Shown: positions 10,374 through 19,987 of the stretch, one piece after another
Layout: each line of letters opens with the position of its first letter
Numbering within the stretch: the stretch's first letter is position 1
Source of the DNA: an uncultured Clostridia bacterium
Lineage (GTDB): Bacteria; Bacillota; Clostridia; Christensenellales; UBA1242
Length of the DNA stretch: 59,503 bases
Direction: 5' to 3'
Assembly (NCBI GenBank): GCA_944381245.1
Contig: CALWKK010000003.1
Coordinates: 1-59,503 of the forward strand
Made by a program: the position numbers and the translations under genes
Notes under the pieces: generated by a model
The model's input: only the letters and a program-made list of their open reading frames with translations
Database searches by the model: none
Told to the model about the DNA's origin: nothing

Positions 10374-10643
10374 CTATTTAACAAAAGCATCAACAAGCAT
10401 AACAATTTTTGATTGATTTTGTTCTGCAATTTTTTCATATTTTGTTGGAATTAATGATTCTTCTTCTCCGTTTTTTGTAGCATAAGAACAATAAATTGAA
10501 ATAAATTCTTGTATAAATAAAAACGCTTCCTCGATTGTATCTCCATCAATTGAAATATTCAGATCTGGTGAATGTGCTAAGAATGTATTATCTTCATTTT
10601 TTATAAAAATAACTGGGAAAACATATTGACGCATATAAGACAT
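10374..10643 (-). CDS. HicB-family antitoxin-like protein
   Basis: YVFPVIF...xxxPDL...GDTIEEA pattern of the HicB N-terminal domain. AGGAG RBS. Confidence 0.75.
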   Translation of the reverse strand: MSYMRQYVFPVIFIKNEDNTFLAHSPDLNISIDGDTIEEAFLFIQEFISIYCSYATKNGEEESLIPTKYEKIAEQNQSKIVMLVDAFVK

Positions 10644-10720
10644 AACTCCTTAATTTTATTATATTTTATCATATTATTTATTATAATCAAAATAATTATG
10701 CAACATTCAATTTTATTTTA

Positions 10721-10749
10721 TTGACTTAAAAATATTAGTCTGTTATAAT
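10721..10749 (+). promoter_or_regulatory. sigmaA promoter of lysS
   Basis: TTGACT-17bp-TGnTATAAT (extended -10). Confidence 0.75.
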
Positions 10750-10773
10750 ACTTTGTAATATTTAGGAGAGAAA

Positions 10774-12258
10774 ATGGATTTAACAAAATTAAACGAAAAA
10801 ATATCAAAATTATCAACTGAAATTGAAATAAGAAAAGCTAAAATTGAATTTTTAAAAGAAAATAATATAATACCATTTGTTGAAAAATTTGAAAAAGACA
10901 CAAGTTTATTAGAAGCTAAAAATTTACCTGAAGGTTCAAAAGTTAAGGTTGCTGGTAGAATAATTTTTAGAAGAATTATGGGAAAATTTGGTTTTATGAA
11001 AATTCAAGATATTGAAGCATCTATTCAAGTTAGCGTTGGGAGAAATGAAATAGATGAAGAAGATTATGAATTTTATAAAAAATTAATTGATATAGGAGAT
11101 TTTGTTGGAATTATAGGCGAAATATACAAAACACAAACAGGGGAAGTAACCATAAGAGCTTTTAAAGTTGAGTTATTAAGTAAAGCTATAAGACCATTAC
11201 CTGAAAAGTTTCATGGACTAACTGATATAGAACAAAAATACAGACAAAGATATTTAGATTTAATTTCTAACGAAGAAAGCAGGAAAGTTATGCTCGGCAG
11301 AAGTAAAACAATATCTTTTATTAGGAATTTTCTTGAAAAAAATGGGTTTATTGAAGTAGAAACGCCAATATTGCAAAATGCCGTTTGTGGAGCAAGTGCA
11401 AAGCCGTTTTTTACGAAACATAATGCACTAAATAAAGTTCTAAACTTAAGAATAGCGCCAGAAATTGCATTAAAAGAAGTTATATGTGCTGGTTTTGATA
11501 AAGTATTTGAACTTGGTAAAGTTTTTAGAAATGAAGGAATGGATCAGCAACATCTTCAAGAATTTACAGTTTGCGAGTGGTATGCTTCATATTGGAATTT
11601 TGAAGATAACATAAAATTTTTTCAAAAGTTTATAAGAGAATTGCTTACAGAGGTTTTAGGAACTACAAAAATTGAATATGAAGGCCACACTTTAGATTTT
11701 GGACAAGAATGGCAAAGAATTAATTATACTGATAAGATGAGAGAAGTCTTAGGTTTTGATTTTTTAAATATAGAAAGTCGAGAAAATTTGATTAATGAAA
11801 TAATTAATAAAAATTTATTTTCAGAAGAAGACTTTAAAGATATAAAAACAGTTGGTGGAGTAATAGATTTTGTTTATAAAAGAAAAATTAGACCTGAGTT
11901 GATTCAACCAACAATATTATACAATTATCCTTCTTGTTTAGTTCCTTTGGCAAGAAGAAACGATAAAGACAATCGTGTTATTGATATGTTTCAAGTTTTA
12001 GCAATAGGAAGTGAACTTTGCAAAGCTTATTCAGAGTTAGTTGATCCTGTTATCCAAAGAAGCACATTTGAAGAACAAATGAAAGCAAAAAAAGCAGGTG
12101 ATGAAGAAGCTATGGATTTAGATGAAGATTTTCTACTTGCAATGGAACATGGAATGCCACCAATTAGTGGGCTTGGATTTGGAATTGATAGATTAATGGT
12201 TGTCATGTTTAATCAACCTTCTGTGAGAGATGTTGTATTATTTCCATTGATGAAATAA
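10774..12258 (+). CDS. lysS: Lysine--tRNA ligase (class II)
   Basis: VAGRI..RIMGK OB fold, PLPEKFHGL, YRQRYLDL, FRNEG, GMPPISGLGFGIDRL. Confidence 0.97.
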   Translation: MDLTKLNEKISKLSTEIEIRKAKIEFLKENNIIPFVEKFEKDTSLLEAKNLPEGSKVKVAGRIIFRRIMGKFGFMKIQDIEASIQVSVGRNEIDEEDYEFYKKLIDIGDFVGIIGEIYKTQTGEVTIRAFKVELLSKAIRPLPEKFHGLTDIEQKYRQRYLDLISNEESRKVMLGRSKTISFIRNFLEKNGFIEVETPILQNAVCGASAKPFFTKHNALNKVLNLRIAPEIALKEVICAGFDKVFELGKVFRNEGMDQQHLQEFTVCEWYASYWNFEDNIKFFQKFIRELLTEVLGTTKIEYEGHTLDFGQEWQRINYTDKMREVLGFDFLNIESRENLINEIINKNLFSEEDFKDIKTVGGVIDFVYKRKIRPELIQPTILYNYPSCLVPLARRNDKDNRVIDMFQVLAIGSELCKAYSELVDPVIQRSTFEEQMKAKKAGDEEAMDLDEDFLLAMEHGMPPISGLGFGIDRLMVVMFNQPSVRDVVLFPLMK

Positions 12259-12276
12259 AAAAATAAATTAGCTAAA

Positions 12277-13050
12277 CTAATTTATTTTTTTTCTTATATT
12301 TTCTAAAGCATTTTTTTCTAATCGGCTTACTTGTGCCTGAGAAATTCCTATTTCTTCGCTAACTTCCATTTGTGTTTTACCTATATAATATCTCAACATT
12401 ATAATTTCTTTTTCCCTTTCAGATAAATTAAATAATGCGTCTTTTAATGCAAATTGTTCAATTAATGAGTCTGCATCGTTTTTTATATCAGCAACTTGAT
12501 CCATTATTCTTATATTTTCACCTTTGTTTGTATAAACTGGATCAGAAAGTGACACTGTGTCAGATATTGCATCTAAAGCCATTGTAACCAATTTAACATT
12601 TTCATTCATATCTTTAGCTATTTCGTCAATTGTTGGATCAGAACTTTGAATAGCTGTTAATTTTTCTCTTGATTGTAATGCTTTATATGCTATGTCTCTT
12701 AAACTTCTAGTAACTCTAACTGGAGTGTTATCTCTTAAAAATCTTCTAATTTCCCCAATTATCATTGGTACAGCATAAGTAGAAAATTTCACATTCAAAT
12801 CTAAATTAAAATTATCCATGGCTTTAATTAATCCAACACATCCAACTTGAAACATATCGTCAGCTTTACCTTTTTTTCCTCCAAATCTTTGAACAACGCT
12901 TAATACAAGTCTTAAATTTGCAATAATAAATTCATCTCTGGCAAAATCATCGCCATTTTTAACTCTTTTTAATAATTCTATTAAATCATTATTCTTAAGT
13001 TTAGGGAGTTGTGAAGTGTTAACTCCTGTTAATGCAACTATGTTAGACAT
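12277..13050 (-). CDS. sigG: Forespore sigma factor SigG
   Basis: GVNTSQLP N-terminus, NLRLVLSVVQRF, FSTYAVPMIIGEIRRFLRDN, GISQAQVSRLEK. Confidence 0.92.
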   Translation of the reverse strand: MSNIVALTGVNTSQLPKLKNNDLIELLKRVKNGDDFARDEFIIANLRLVLSVVQRFGGKKGKADDMFQVGCVGLIKAMDNFNLDLNVKFSTYAVPMIIGEIRRFLRDNTPVRVTRSLRDIAYKALQSREKLTAIQSSDPTIDEIAKDMNENVKLVTMALDAISDTVSLSDPVYTNKGENIRIMDQVADIKNDADSLIEQFALKDALFNLSEREKEIIMLRYYIGKTQMEVSEEIGISQAQVSRLEKNALENIRKKIN

Positions 13051-13079
13051 TTAATACCTCAACTTTCTTAATCTTCAAG

Positions 13080-13109
13080 GTATTTTTTCCTAAATATTTT
13101 TTTTTATTC
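13080..13109 (-). promoter_or_regulatory. sigmaF-type promoter of sigG
   Basis: Minus strand GAATA-14bp-GGAAAAAATAC resembles the sigmaF consensus GYWTA-N15-GGnnAnAnT. Confidence 0.6.
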
Positions 13110-13182
13110 TAAAATATAAAAATTTATATAAAAAATATTAATTAATATTGATTTTTTATTTTATTTATTGTAATATAAAAAT

Positions 13183-13968
13183 ATGTTAAAAAAAGAATTT
13201 GGAAGTGGATGCTTAAAGAAAAATTATCATTTTAAAATAACTATGGCAAAACTAAAAAGCACAGATAAGTTTTTGTGTTCTAAAATAGTTAAAGTTGATG
13301 ATGCAACTGTTGAAAGAATTATAAAAAGCAAAAAATATTTAGTCAAAGGTATGATTATTGGGAAAGATAATGTTGAGAATTTATCTTTAAGTTTTGACGA
13401 GCAAAATGGTTTTAAATATAATGATGTTAATTTTTATGAAAATAAATCAACTGCAATTTTTGCTATAAAAAACATTCTCAATGGAAAAGAAATAGTCGAA
13501 ATGTGTATGGTTAAAACTTTTAGAATAAAAGATTCGATATCTGTTTCATTATATTATTTGCCAAATGGATCAGTTTTTAATAGTTGTTTAATTGCTAGAT
13601 ATTGTATGCATAAAACAAACGAACATAAAAACTCAGACGGAAAAGTTATTGAAAAAGGTGTTTGTCATATGCATAAAGCATCTGAAAAATATTTTGAATA
13701 TGCGTTTAAAAAATATAGAAAAAATGAAAAAGAATTTGTTACTAAGCTTCAATCTCCAGATGCAATTGAAAAGCCAAATATAAAAAGCGAGGAACAACTT
13801 GTTCAGGAAGCTATGAAAGAATTTAATATAAAATGTGGTAGAGAAATTGAGGCTTATTCAGAAGTTAAACAAAAGAAAAGATCTTACTGGATTAATGGTA
13901 AAGAATATAAAGGGCAGAGCGATAAAACAATAGTAGAAAACATGGGTGAAGCAATGGAACAATGTTAA
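13183..13968 (+). CDS. Hypothetical basic protein with a His-rich motif
   Basis: 261-aa ORF with a promoter-like TTGATT-17-TAATAT upstream and a terminator downstream. Contains RYCMHKTNEHKNSDG...CHMH. Confidence 0.7.
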   Translation: MLKKEFGSGCLKKNYHFKITMAKLKSTDKFLCSKIVKVDDATVERIIKSKKYLVKGMIIGKDNVENLSLSFDEQNGFKYNDVNFYENKSTAIFAIKNILNGKEIVEMCMVKTFRIKDSISVSLYYLPNGSVFNSCLIARYCMHKTNEHKNSDGKVIEKGVCHMHKASEKYFEYAFKKYRKNEKEFVTKLQSPDAIEKPNIKSEEQLVQEAMKEFNIKCGREIEAYSEVKQKKRSYWINGKEYKGQSDKTIVENMGEAMEQC

Positions 13969-13969
13969 C

Positions 13970-14001
13970 AAAAAAAAACGTCAGATATTTGACGTTTTTT
14001 T
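13970..14001. terminator. Bidirectional intrinsic terminator
   Basis: AAAAAAAACGTCA-gatatt-TGACGTTTTTTTT. Confidence 0.8.
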
Positions 14002-14076
14002 TGGTGATCCCGACGGGATTCGAACCCATGATACCGCCGTGAAAGGGCGGTGTCTTAACCACTTGACCACGGGACC
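14002..14076 (-). tRNA. tRNA-Glu(TTC)
   Basis: Reverse complement GGTCCCGTGGTCAAGTGGTTAAGAC...CCGCC-CTTTCAC-GGCGG...GGTTCGAATCC...ACCA. Confidence 0.97.
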
Positions 14077-14080
14077 ATAA

Positions 14081-14157
14081 TGGTAGCGACGGAAAGATTT
14101 GAACCTTCGACCTCACGGGTATGAACCGTGCGCTCTAGCCAACTGAGCTACGTCGCC
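14081..14157 (-). tRNA. tRNA-Met(CAT), elongator type
   Basis: GGCGACGTAGCTCAG...CACGG-TTCATAC-CCGTG...CGTCGCTACCA. G1:T72 paired, typical Firmicute elongator Met body. Confidence 0.92.
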
Positions 14158-14191
14158 ATAATTTTATTATTTTTTAAATAAAATTATATAA

Positions 14192-14268
<77 letters not shown>

Positions 14269-14393
14269 ACAACATTAAAATAATAATATAAATGTTTATC
14301 ATTTGTCAAGTGTTTTATAAAAAAAAATTAAAATTTTTAATTTAACTTGTTAATTATTTCTTTTTATAGTAAAATCAAAAAATAAGAGGTGAT

Positions 14394-15386
14394 ATGAATC
14401 AATTAAGAGATATTTTAAATCAAATAGATAAATCTAATAAAATTGCATTATACACTCATTTTAATTGTGATTGTGATGGAGTGGGATCAATGCTTGCGCT
14501 TTATAATTTTTTAATTGATAGGGGTAAATCATGCGATATGTTTGTTGATGGTGAAATACCAACAAAATTTCAGTTTTTAAAAAATGTTGATAAAATAAAT
14601 ATGGTAAATAAAGATTTTACACAATCAAAAATTAATTTAAATAGTTACGATTTGTTAATTTCTTTAGATACTTCAAATTTAACAAGGTTAGGAATCTTTG
14701 AAGAAGATTTTAAAAACTTTAAAAATACTGTTAATATAGATCATCATGTTTCTAATTCACTTTATGGTAAATATAATTATATAAAGGCATATTCTTCATG
14801 TGGAGAAGTTTTGTTTGAAGTAATGAAAGAAATGAGCAAAAAATTATCACCAGAAGTTGCAACTTGTTTGTTTGCAGCAATTTCATCTGATACTAACAGA
14901 TTTTCAAATCCAAATATAACAAGCAAAACATTTATTTTTGCTGGCGAGTTAGTAAATTTTGGTGCAGATCACAATTTAGTAAATTTATGTTTGTTTAAGA
15001 ATAAGTCCAAAGAAGAATTAAATATAATTTCATTTATGACAAAAAAAATTAAATTTTACAAAGATATTTCATATGTTTATATTAGATTAAAAGATCTAAA
15101 AAAATTTAATGTTAAGTCAAGTGATGTTTCTAATTATATGTATTTAATTTCTAATATTGAAAATTCTAAAATTAATATCTTAATTAAAGAAAGAGGTAAT
15201 GGAGAATACAGATTTTCTTTAAGGTCAATTAACGGGTTTGATGTTAATAAAATTGCAAACAAATTTGGTGGAGGAGGGCATATTAATGCTTCTGCTTGTA
15301 GCGTGCATGGTAAACTAAAAAAAGTGTTAAAAAAAGTATTAATTGAATGTGAAGAAGAAATATATAAAAAGGTTAATAAATTATGA
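14394..15386 (+). CDS. nrnA: DHH/DHHA1 phosphoesterase (NrnA-like oligoribonuclease/pAp phosphatase)
   Basis: H..DCDGVGS, LDTS, IDHH, SDT, SLRS, GGGGH. Confidence 0.88.
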   Translation: MNQLRDILNQIDKSNKIALYTHFNCDCDGVGSMLALYNFLIDRGKSCDMFVDGEIPTKFQFLKNVDKINMVNKDFTQSKINLNSYDLLISLDTSNLTRLGIFEEDFKNFKNTVNIDHHVSNSLYGKYNYIKAYSSCGEVLFEVMKEMSKKLSPEVATCLFAAISSDTNRFSNPNITSKTFIFAGELVNFGADHNLVNLCLFKNKSKEELNIISFMTKKIKFYKDISYVYIRLKDLKKFNVKSSDVSNYMYLISNIENSKINILIKERGNGEYRFSLRSINGFDVNKIANKFGGGGHINASACSVHGKLKKVLKKVLIECEEEIYKKVNKL

Positions 15387-16330
15387 ATGGTATAATTAAT
15401 GTTTATAAAAATTATGGTGTGAGTTCAAATACTTTAGTTAATAAAGTCAAAAAAATTGTTGGGGCAGAAAAAGCAGGGCATTTAGGAACAATAGATGTTT
15501 TGGGAGAAGGTGTTTTGCCTATAACAATTGGAAAGGGAACTAAGCTATTTAATTATTTTTTAAATAAAGATAAAGTTTACAGAGCAATATTTATTTTTGG
15601 AATTGAAACAGATACATTAGATAGTGAAGGAAAAATAATTAATTATAAATACAAAAATATTTCCAAAGAAAATATTGAAAATGTCTTAAAAAAATTTATT
15701 GGACGAATTAAACAAACACCTCCTCAATTTTCTGCACTAAAAATTAATGGCAAGAAAGCTTATGAATTAGCAAGGCAAGGGAAAACAGCAAATCTTAAAG
15801 AAAGAGAAGTGAATATTTATGAATTTAAAATTTTAAAAATTGTTTCTGATATTGATAAGGTTGATTTAAAGAATAGATTTTATAAATTTAGAAACGATAA
15901 TGAGTTAAAAACCTTCGATATTGAAAAAATATTTGATAGTGAAATATATGAATTTGAAATAAATTGTTCATCAGGAACTTATATAAGAAGTTTATGTAAA
16001 GATTTAGCAAGTGCATTATCAACATATGGTACTATGTTAAAAATAGTACGCACTAGATGTGGAAATTTTAAAATAGAAGACTCATATTCGCTTGATGATT
16101 TAAAAAATGGTAAATACAATATAATAACTCCTTATCAAGCTGTTGATTTGCAAGAAATCCAAATTAATGATGGGCAAGCAAAAGATATTCTTGATGGTAA
16201 AAATATTAAATTGAAAAAAATTTATGACAAAAGTTTTAAACTTTGTTACAATAATATATTCTTAGGTATTGCTAACAATAGTAATGATGGAAATGTTAAA
16301 ATAGAGACATTAATGATGGTGGAAAAATGA
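15383..16330 (+). CDS. truB: tRNA pseudouridine(55) synthase
   Basis: GHLGTID, TDTLDSEG, QTPPQFSALKINGKKAYELAR, CSSGTYIRSL. Confidence 0.95.
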   Translation: MNGIINVYKNYGVSSNTLVNKVKKIVGAEKAGHLGTIDVLGEGVLPITIGKGTKLFNYFLNKDKVYRAIFIFGIETDTLDSEGKIINYKYKNISKENIENVLKKFIGRIKQTPPQFSALKINGKKAYELARQGKTANLKEREVNIYEFKILKIVSDIDKVDLKNRFYKFRNDNELKTFDIEKIFDSEIYEFEINCSSGTYIRSLCKDLASALSTYGTMLKIVRTRCGNFKIEDSYSLDDLKNGKYNIITPYQAVDLQEIQINDGQAKDILDGKNIKLKKIYDKSFKLCYNNIFLGIANNSNDGNVKIETLMMVEK

Positions 16331-17199
16331 TTAATAATATAAAATTTGGACCTTCTGGAAATGGAAATTTGTTTTATGAATTGGGGTATAAACATTCTTA
16401 TCAAGCTCCAAGTTGGTTGAGGCAATTAGGACTTAATGCATATGAATACTCTTTTGGTAGGGGATATACTATGAGTGAACAAACAGCAAAAAAATTGGGA
16501 GAGGAAGCTGAAATTAACAATGTATTGGTAAGTGTTCATGCTCCTTATTATATAAATTTTGCAAATGAAAGTGAAGAAATGGCAGAAAAATCTTATAATT
16601 ATATAATAAAAGGACTTGAAATTTTAAAAAATATGAAAGGCAAACATTTAGTGTTTCATATTGGTTCTCAGGGTAAATTAAATAGAAGTGATGCTATATT
16701 ATTAATAAAAAAAAGACTTAAATATTTATTAAAATTAATTTATGAAAAAGAATTAAATGATATGTATATTTGTCCTGAAACGATGGGAAAAACATTACAA
16801 ATTGGAACATATAAAGAAATTATAGATTTTTGTACTATGGATAAAATTCTTGTTCCAACATTTGATTTTGGCCATATTTATTCATTAAATTTAGGCAATT
16901 TTGGAAGTTATAATGATTATAAAGAAATTTTTTTATATGCAATAGAAAAGTTGGGTTTTGAAAGAATTGATAATTGTCACATACATTTTTCCAAAATTCA
17001 ATTTGGACAAAAAGGTGAAATAAGACATTTGGATTTTGATAATATAGATTTCGGTCCAAATTTTGAACCTTTGGCAAAAGTTTTAAGCGAATTGAATTTG
17101 CACCCAACTATAATTTGTGAGTCTCACAGTAAAATGGTTGAAGATTCTTTGGAAATGAAAAAAATTTATGAACAAATAAATAATTCTTTACAGAAATAA
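16327..17199 (+). CDS. nfo: Endonuclease IV-family TIM-barrel protein
   Basis: SVHAPYYIN, VFH, PETMGK, DFGH, HIHFS and ICES metal-ligand motifs. Confidence 0.82.
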   Translation: MINNIKFGPSGNGNLFYELGYKHSYQAPSWLRQLGLNAYEYSFGRGYTMSEQTAKKLGEEAEINNVLVSVHAPYYINFANESEEMAEKSYNYIIKGLEILKNMKGKHLVFHIGSQGKLNRSDAILLIKKRLKYLLKLIYEKELNDMYICPETMGKTLQIGTYKEIIDFCTMDKILVPTFDFGHIYSLNLGNFGSYNDYKEIFLYAIEKLGFERIDNCHIHFSKIQFGQKGEIRHLDFDNIDFGPNFEPLAKVLSELNLHPTIICESHSKMVEDSLEMKKIYEQINNSLQK

Positions 17200-17279
17200 A
17201 TTTATGTGATATAATGAAAAATAATATATTCAAATTTATAACGTTTTAAATTTGTTTAAAATTAAATTAAGGAGTTTTT

Positions 17280-17840
17280 ATGATAACAGCAGGTGATTTT
17301 AGAAAAGGTGTAACGTTTGAAATGGACGGCAATATATATTTGGTTGTTGATTTTTTGCATGTTAAACCAGGAAAAGGCTCTCCATTTGTTAGAGCTAAAA
17401 TAAAAAATATTGTAACCGGACAAGTCCAAGAAAGAACTTTTAACCCATCGGACAAATTCCAAGTTGCAGTTATTGAAAGAAAAGAAATGCAATATCTTTA
17501 TAATGAAGGTGAAATTTATTATTTTATGGATATGGAAACTTATGATCAAATACCATTAAATAAAAGTCAAGTTGAAGATGCATTAAATTTTATAACTGAA
17601 AATATGATGGCAAACATACAATTTTATAAAGGATCAGCTTTCTCAGTTGAACCTCCTAATTTTGTTGAATTAACAATAACAGATTGTGAACCAGGTATTC
17701 AGGGAGACACATCAAAAGCTGGTTATAAACCGGCAACTCTAGAAACAGGATACACATTAAATGTCCCACTTTTTGTTAATCAAGGAGATAGAATAAGAGT
17801 TGACACAAGAACAGGAACATATATGGAAAGATTAAAATAA
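17280..17840 (+). CDS. efp: Elongation factor P
   Basis: HVKPGKG loop, [19 protein letters not shown]. Confidence 0.98.
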   Translation: MITAGDFRKGVTFEMDGNIYLVVDFLHVKPGKGSPFVRAKIKNIVTGQVQERTFNPSDKFQVAVIERKEMQYLYNEGEIYYFMDMETYDQIPLNKSQVEDALNFITENMMANIQFYKGSAFSVEPPNFVELTITDCEPGIQGDTSKAGYKPATLETGYTLNVPLFVNQGDRIRVDTRTGTYMERLK

Positions 17841-17853
17841 TTATTTATAAAAC

Positions 17854-17893
17854 AAAATCTTGCGAAATAAAACAATTTTCGCAAGATTTTTTT
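17854..17893 (+). terminator. Intrinsic terminator after efp
   Basis: AAAATCTTGCGAAA/TTTCGCAAGATTTT followed by a T tract. Confidence 0.8.
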
Positions 17894-17917
17894 TAACTCA
17901 AAAAAATATTTTACTAT

Positions 17918-18880
17918 ATGAGTGAAAAAGAAAATATAAATTCTATTTTTATGAAAATATTACCTGAAAAAATTTTTAATGCAGCAATAAAAAATATTAA
18001 TTATAAACAGTTAAATGAATTAAGATTAAGAGCTGGAAAACCGATTGTTGTTATTTTAGGTAATCAGTATTATTTTGTTTCAGAAAAAGGTATAACCCAA
18101 AATATTGATGAATCGATAATTTGCACTCAATGTGACATTGATAATATAATTTTTAGGGCAAGTGAATGTTCAATATATGCAGTAAATGAACAAATTAAGC
18201 AAGGATTTATTACTATTAACTCTGGTATTAGAATTGGAATTGCAGGAACAGGAGTTTGTGAAGGGGAGCAAATTAAAACGATAAAAAATTTTACATCTTT
18301 AGTTATAAGAATTCCTCATAACATTAAGAATTGTAGTTTATTAGCTTTAAAATATTTATTTGAAAAAGGAGAATTTAAAAACACTTTAATTGTTTCACCA
18401 CCAGGTTCTGGTAAAACAACTTTTATAAGAGATTTTATTAATCAATTATCTGAAAGAAACATATCTTTAAATATTTTATTATTAGATGAAAGGGGAGAAA
18501 TTTCTCCATTTTGTGATGGCGAAAACAATTTAGTTGTAAGTAATTTTTGTGATGTTCTTTCATTTATAAATAAACCACAAGGATTTTTAATTGGAATAAG
18601 ATCATTATCTCCATCAATAATAGTGTGTGATGAAATAGGAGCTAATGATGATATTTTAGCTATCGAATATGCTGGATATTGTGGAGTTGGAGTTATGGCA
18701 ACAGCTCATGCCGGATCAATTAATGAACTTAAAAACAAACCTAACTTTAAATCTTTATTTGATAAAAAATTATTTAAAAGATTTATTGTTTTATCTTCAA
18801 GATTAGGTCCTGGAACATTTGAGGGAATATATGATGAAAATTTCGTTCCTATAAAATTAGCAGACATTGATTATAGTTGA
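17918..18880 (+). CDS. spoIIIAA: Stage III sporulation protein AA (ATPase)
   Basis: ELRLR, SPPGSGKTT, DERGEI, RSLSP..DEIG, TAH. First gene of an eight-gene operon. Confidence 0.93.
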   Translation: MSEKENINSIFMKILPEKIFNAAIKNINYKQLNELRLRAGKPIVVILGNQYYFVSEKGITQNIDESIICTQCDIDNIIFRASECSIYAVNEQIKQGFITINSGIRIGIAGTGVCEGEQIKTIKNFTSLVIRIPHNIKNCSLLALKYLFEKGEFKNTLIVSPPGSGKTTFIRDFINQLSERNISLNILLLDERGEISPFCDGENNLVVSNFCDVLSFINKPQGFLIGIRSLSPSIIVCDEIGANDDILAIEYAGYCGVGVMATAHAGSINELKNKPNFKSLFDKKLFKRFIVLSSRLGPGTFEGIYDENFVPIKLADIDYS

Positions 18881-18887
18881 GGTTGTT

Positions 18888-19385
18888 ATGAAAATTATAT
18901 TAATTTTAATTGTCGTTATTAGTATGACTTATATTGGATTTGGAATTTTACAATATTATATAAAAAGAAAAAAAATTTTTGAAGATATAATTTTGCTTTG
19001 CGAGAAATTGTGTGTTGAAATTAGTTTTTCTAAAAATACTTTATCTTCAATAATTTCTTCAAATGTAAATTTATTTTCGAAAGATTTTAAAAACATAATT
19101 AGCACTTATTTAAATTATTTAAAAAATAATAATGAAGTTTTAACCAAAGATTTTCTTTTTAAAAAAAACACGTTGTTAAATGACGATGAAAAAGAATTAA
19201 TATTAAATTTTTTTTACAACTTAGGAAGATTAGATGCTAGCAATCAAATTAGTCAAATTAATGATTATAAAAATAAATTTATAGAACTAAAACAAAAAAC
19301 AAACGAAGAAAATTCAAAATTCGGTTCTTTGTCTTTAAAGCTTTTAATATTAATGGGGTTATTAATTGGAATTATTTTAATTTAA
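18888..19385 (+). CDS. spoIIIAB: Stage III sporulation protein AB
   Basis: N- and C-terminal TM helices, LGRLD..Q, operon position. Start moved to ATG 18888 after GAGG. Confidence 0.85.
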   Translation: MKIILILIVVISMTYIGFGILQYYIKRKKIFEDIILLCEKLCVEISFSKNTLSSIISSNVNLFSKDFKNIISTYLNYLKNNNEVLTKDFLFKKNTLLNDDEKELILNFFYNLGRLDASNQISQINDYKNKFIELKQKTNEENSKFGSLSLKLLILMGLLIGIILI

Positions 19386-19396
19386 AGGAGGATTTG

Positions 19397-19591
19397 ATGG
19401 GAGTTGAAATTATTTTTAAAATAGCCGCAGTTGGAATTATAACAGCTGTTGTTAATCAAGTTTTAAAACATTCTAATAAAGAAGAAATCGCAACTTTAAC
19501 AACGCTAGCAGGTCTTATCGTTGTTCTTTTAATGGTTTTAAATTTAATTAATACATTGTTTGATACAGTTAGAACAATGTTTAATCTTTGA
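19397..19591 (+). CDS. spoIIIAC: Stage III sporulation protein AC
   Basis: IFKIAAVGI..VL..EE.A.LTTLAG. AGGAGG RBS. Confidence 0.93.
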   Translation: MGVEIIFKIAAVGIITAVVNQVLKHSNKEEIATLTTLAGLIVVLLMVLNLINTLFDTVRTMFNL

Positions 19592-19603
19592 TGGAGTTAT
19601 AAA

Positions 19604-19987
19604 TTGGATATTTTTAAAATAATTGGAGTTGGTGTTATAACTGCTATTACTGCATTAATAGTCCGACAAATAAAGCCGGAAGTTTCTATTATTATTACAA
19701 TAACAGGAGGCGTTTTAATACTATTAATGCTTGTTGAATCATTGACAAGTATATTTTCAGTTTTTAATCAAATTATTGAAAAAAGTGGTTTAGAATCGGG
19801 ATTATTTACAACTATTTTAAAAATAGTTGGGATTGGATATATAACAGAATTTTCCGCAAATCTTTGTAATGATGCTGGAGTTAGTTCGATTGCAGATAAA
19901 ATTCTTCTTGGAGGTAAGATTATTATACTTGCTTTAGCTTTACCAATAGTAACTAATATATTGAACATAATTTCGGAGTTATTATGA
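19604..19987 (+). CDS. spoIIIAD: Stage III sporulation protein AD
   Basis: KIVGIGYITEF..LC.DAG..SIA.KI..GGK. Confidence 0.93.
   Translation: MDIFKIIGVGVITAITALIVRQIKPEVSIIITITGGVLILLMLVESLTSIFSVFNQIIEKSGLESGLFTTILKIVGIGYITEFSANLCNDAGVSSIADKILLGGKIIILALALPIVTNILNIISELL

Noticed and set aside
13892-14116. 74-aa minus-strand ORF, and likewise 9938-10204
   Set aside because: They overlap tRNA genes and are typical tRNA shadow ORFs.
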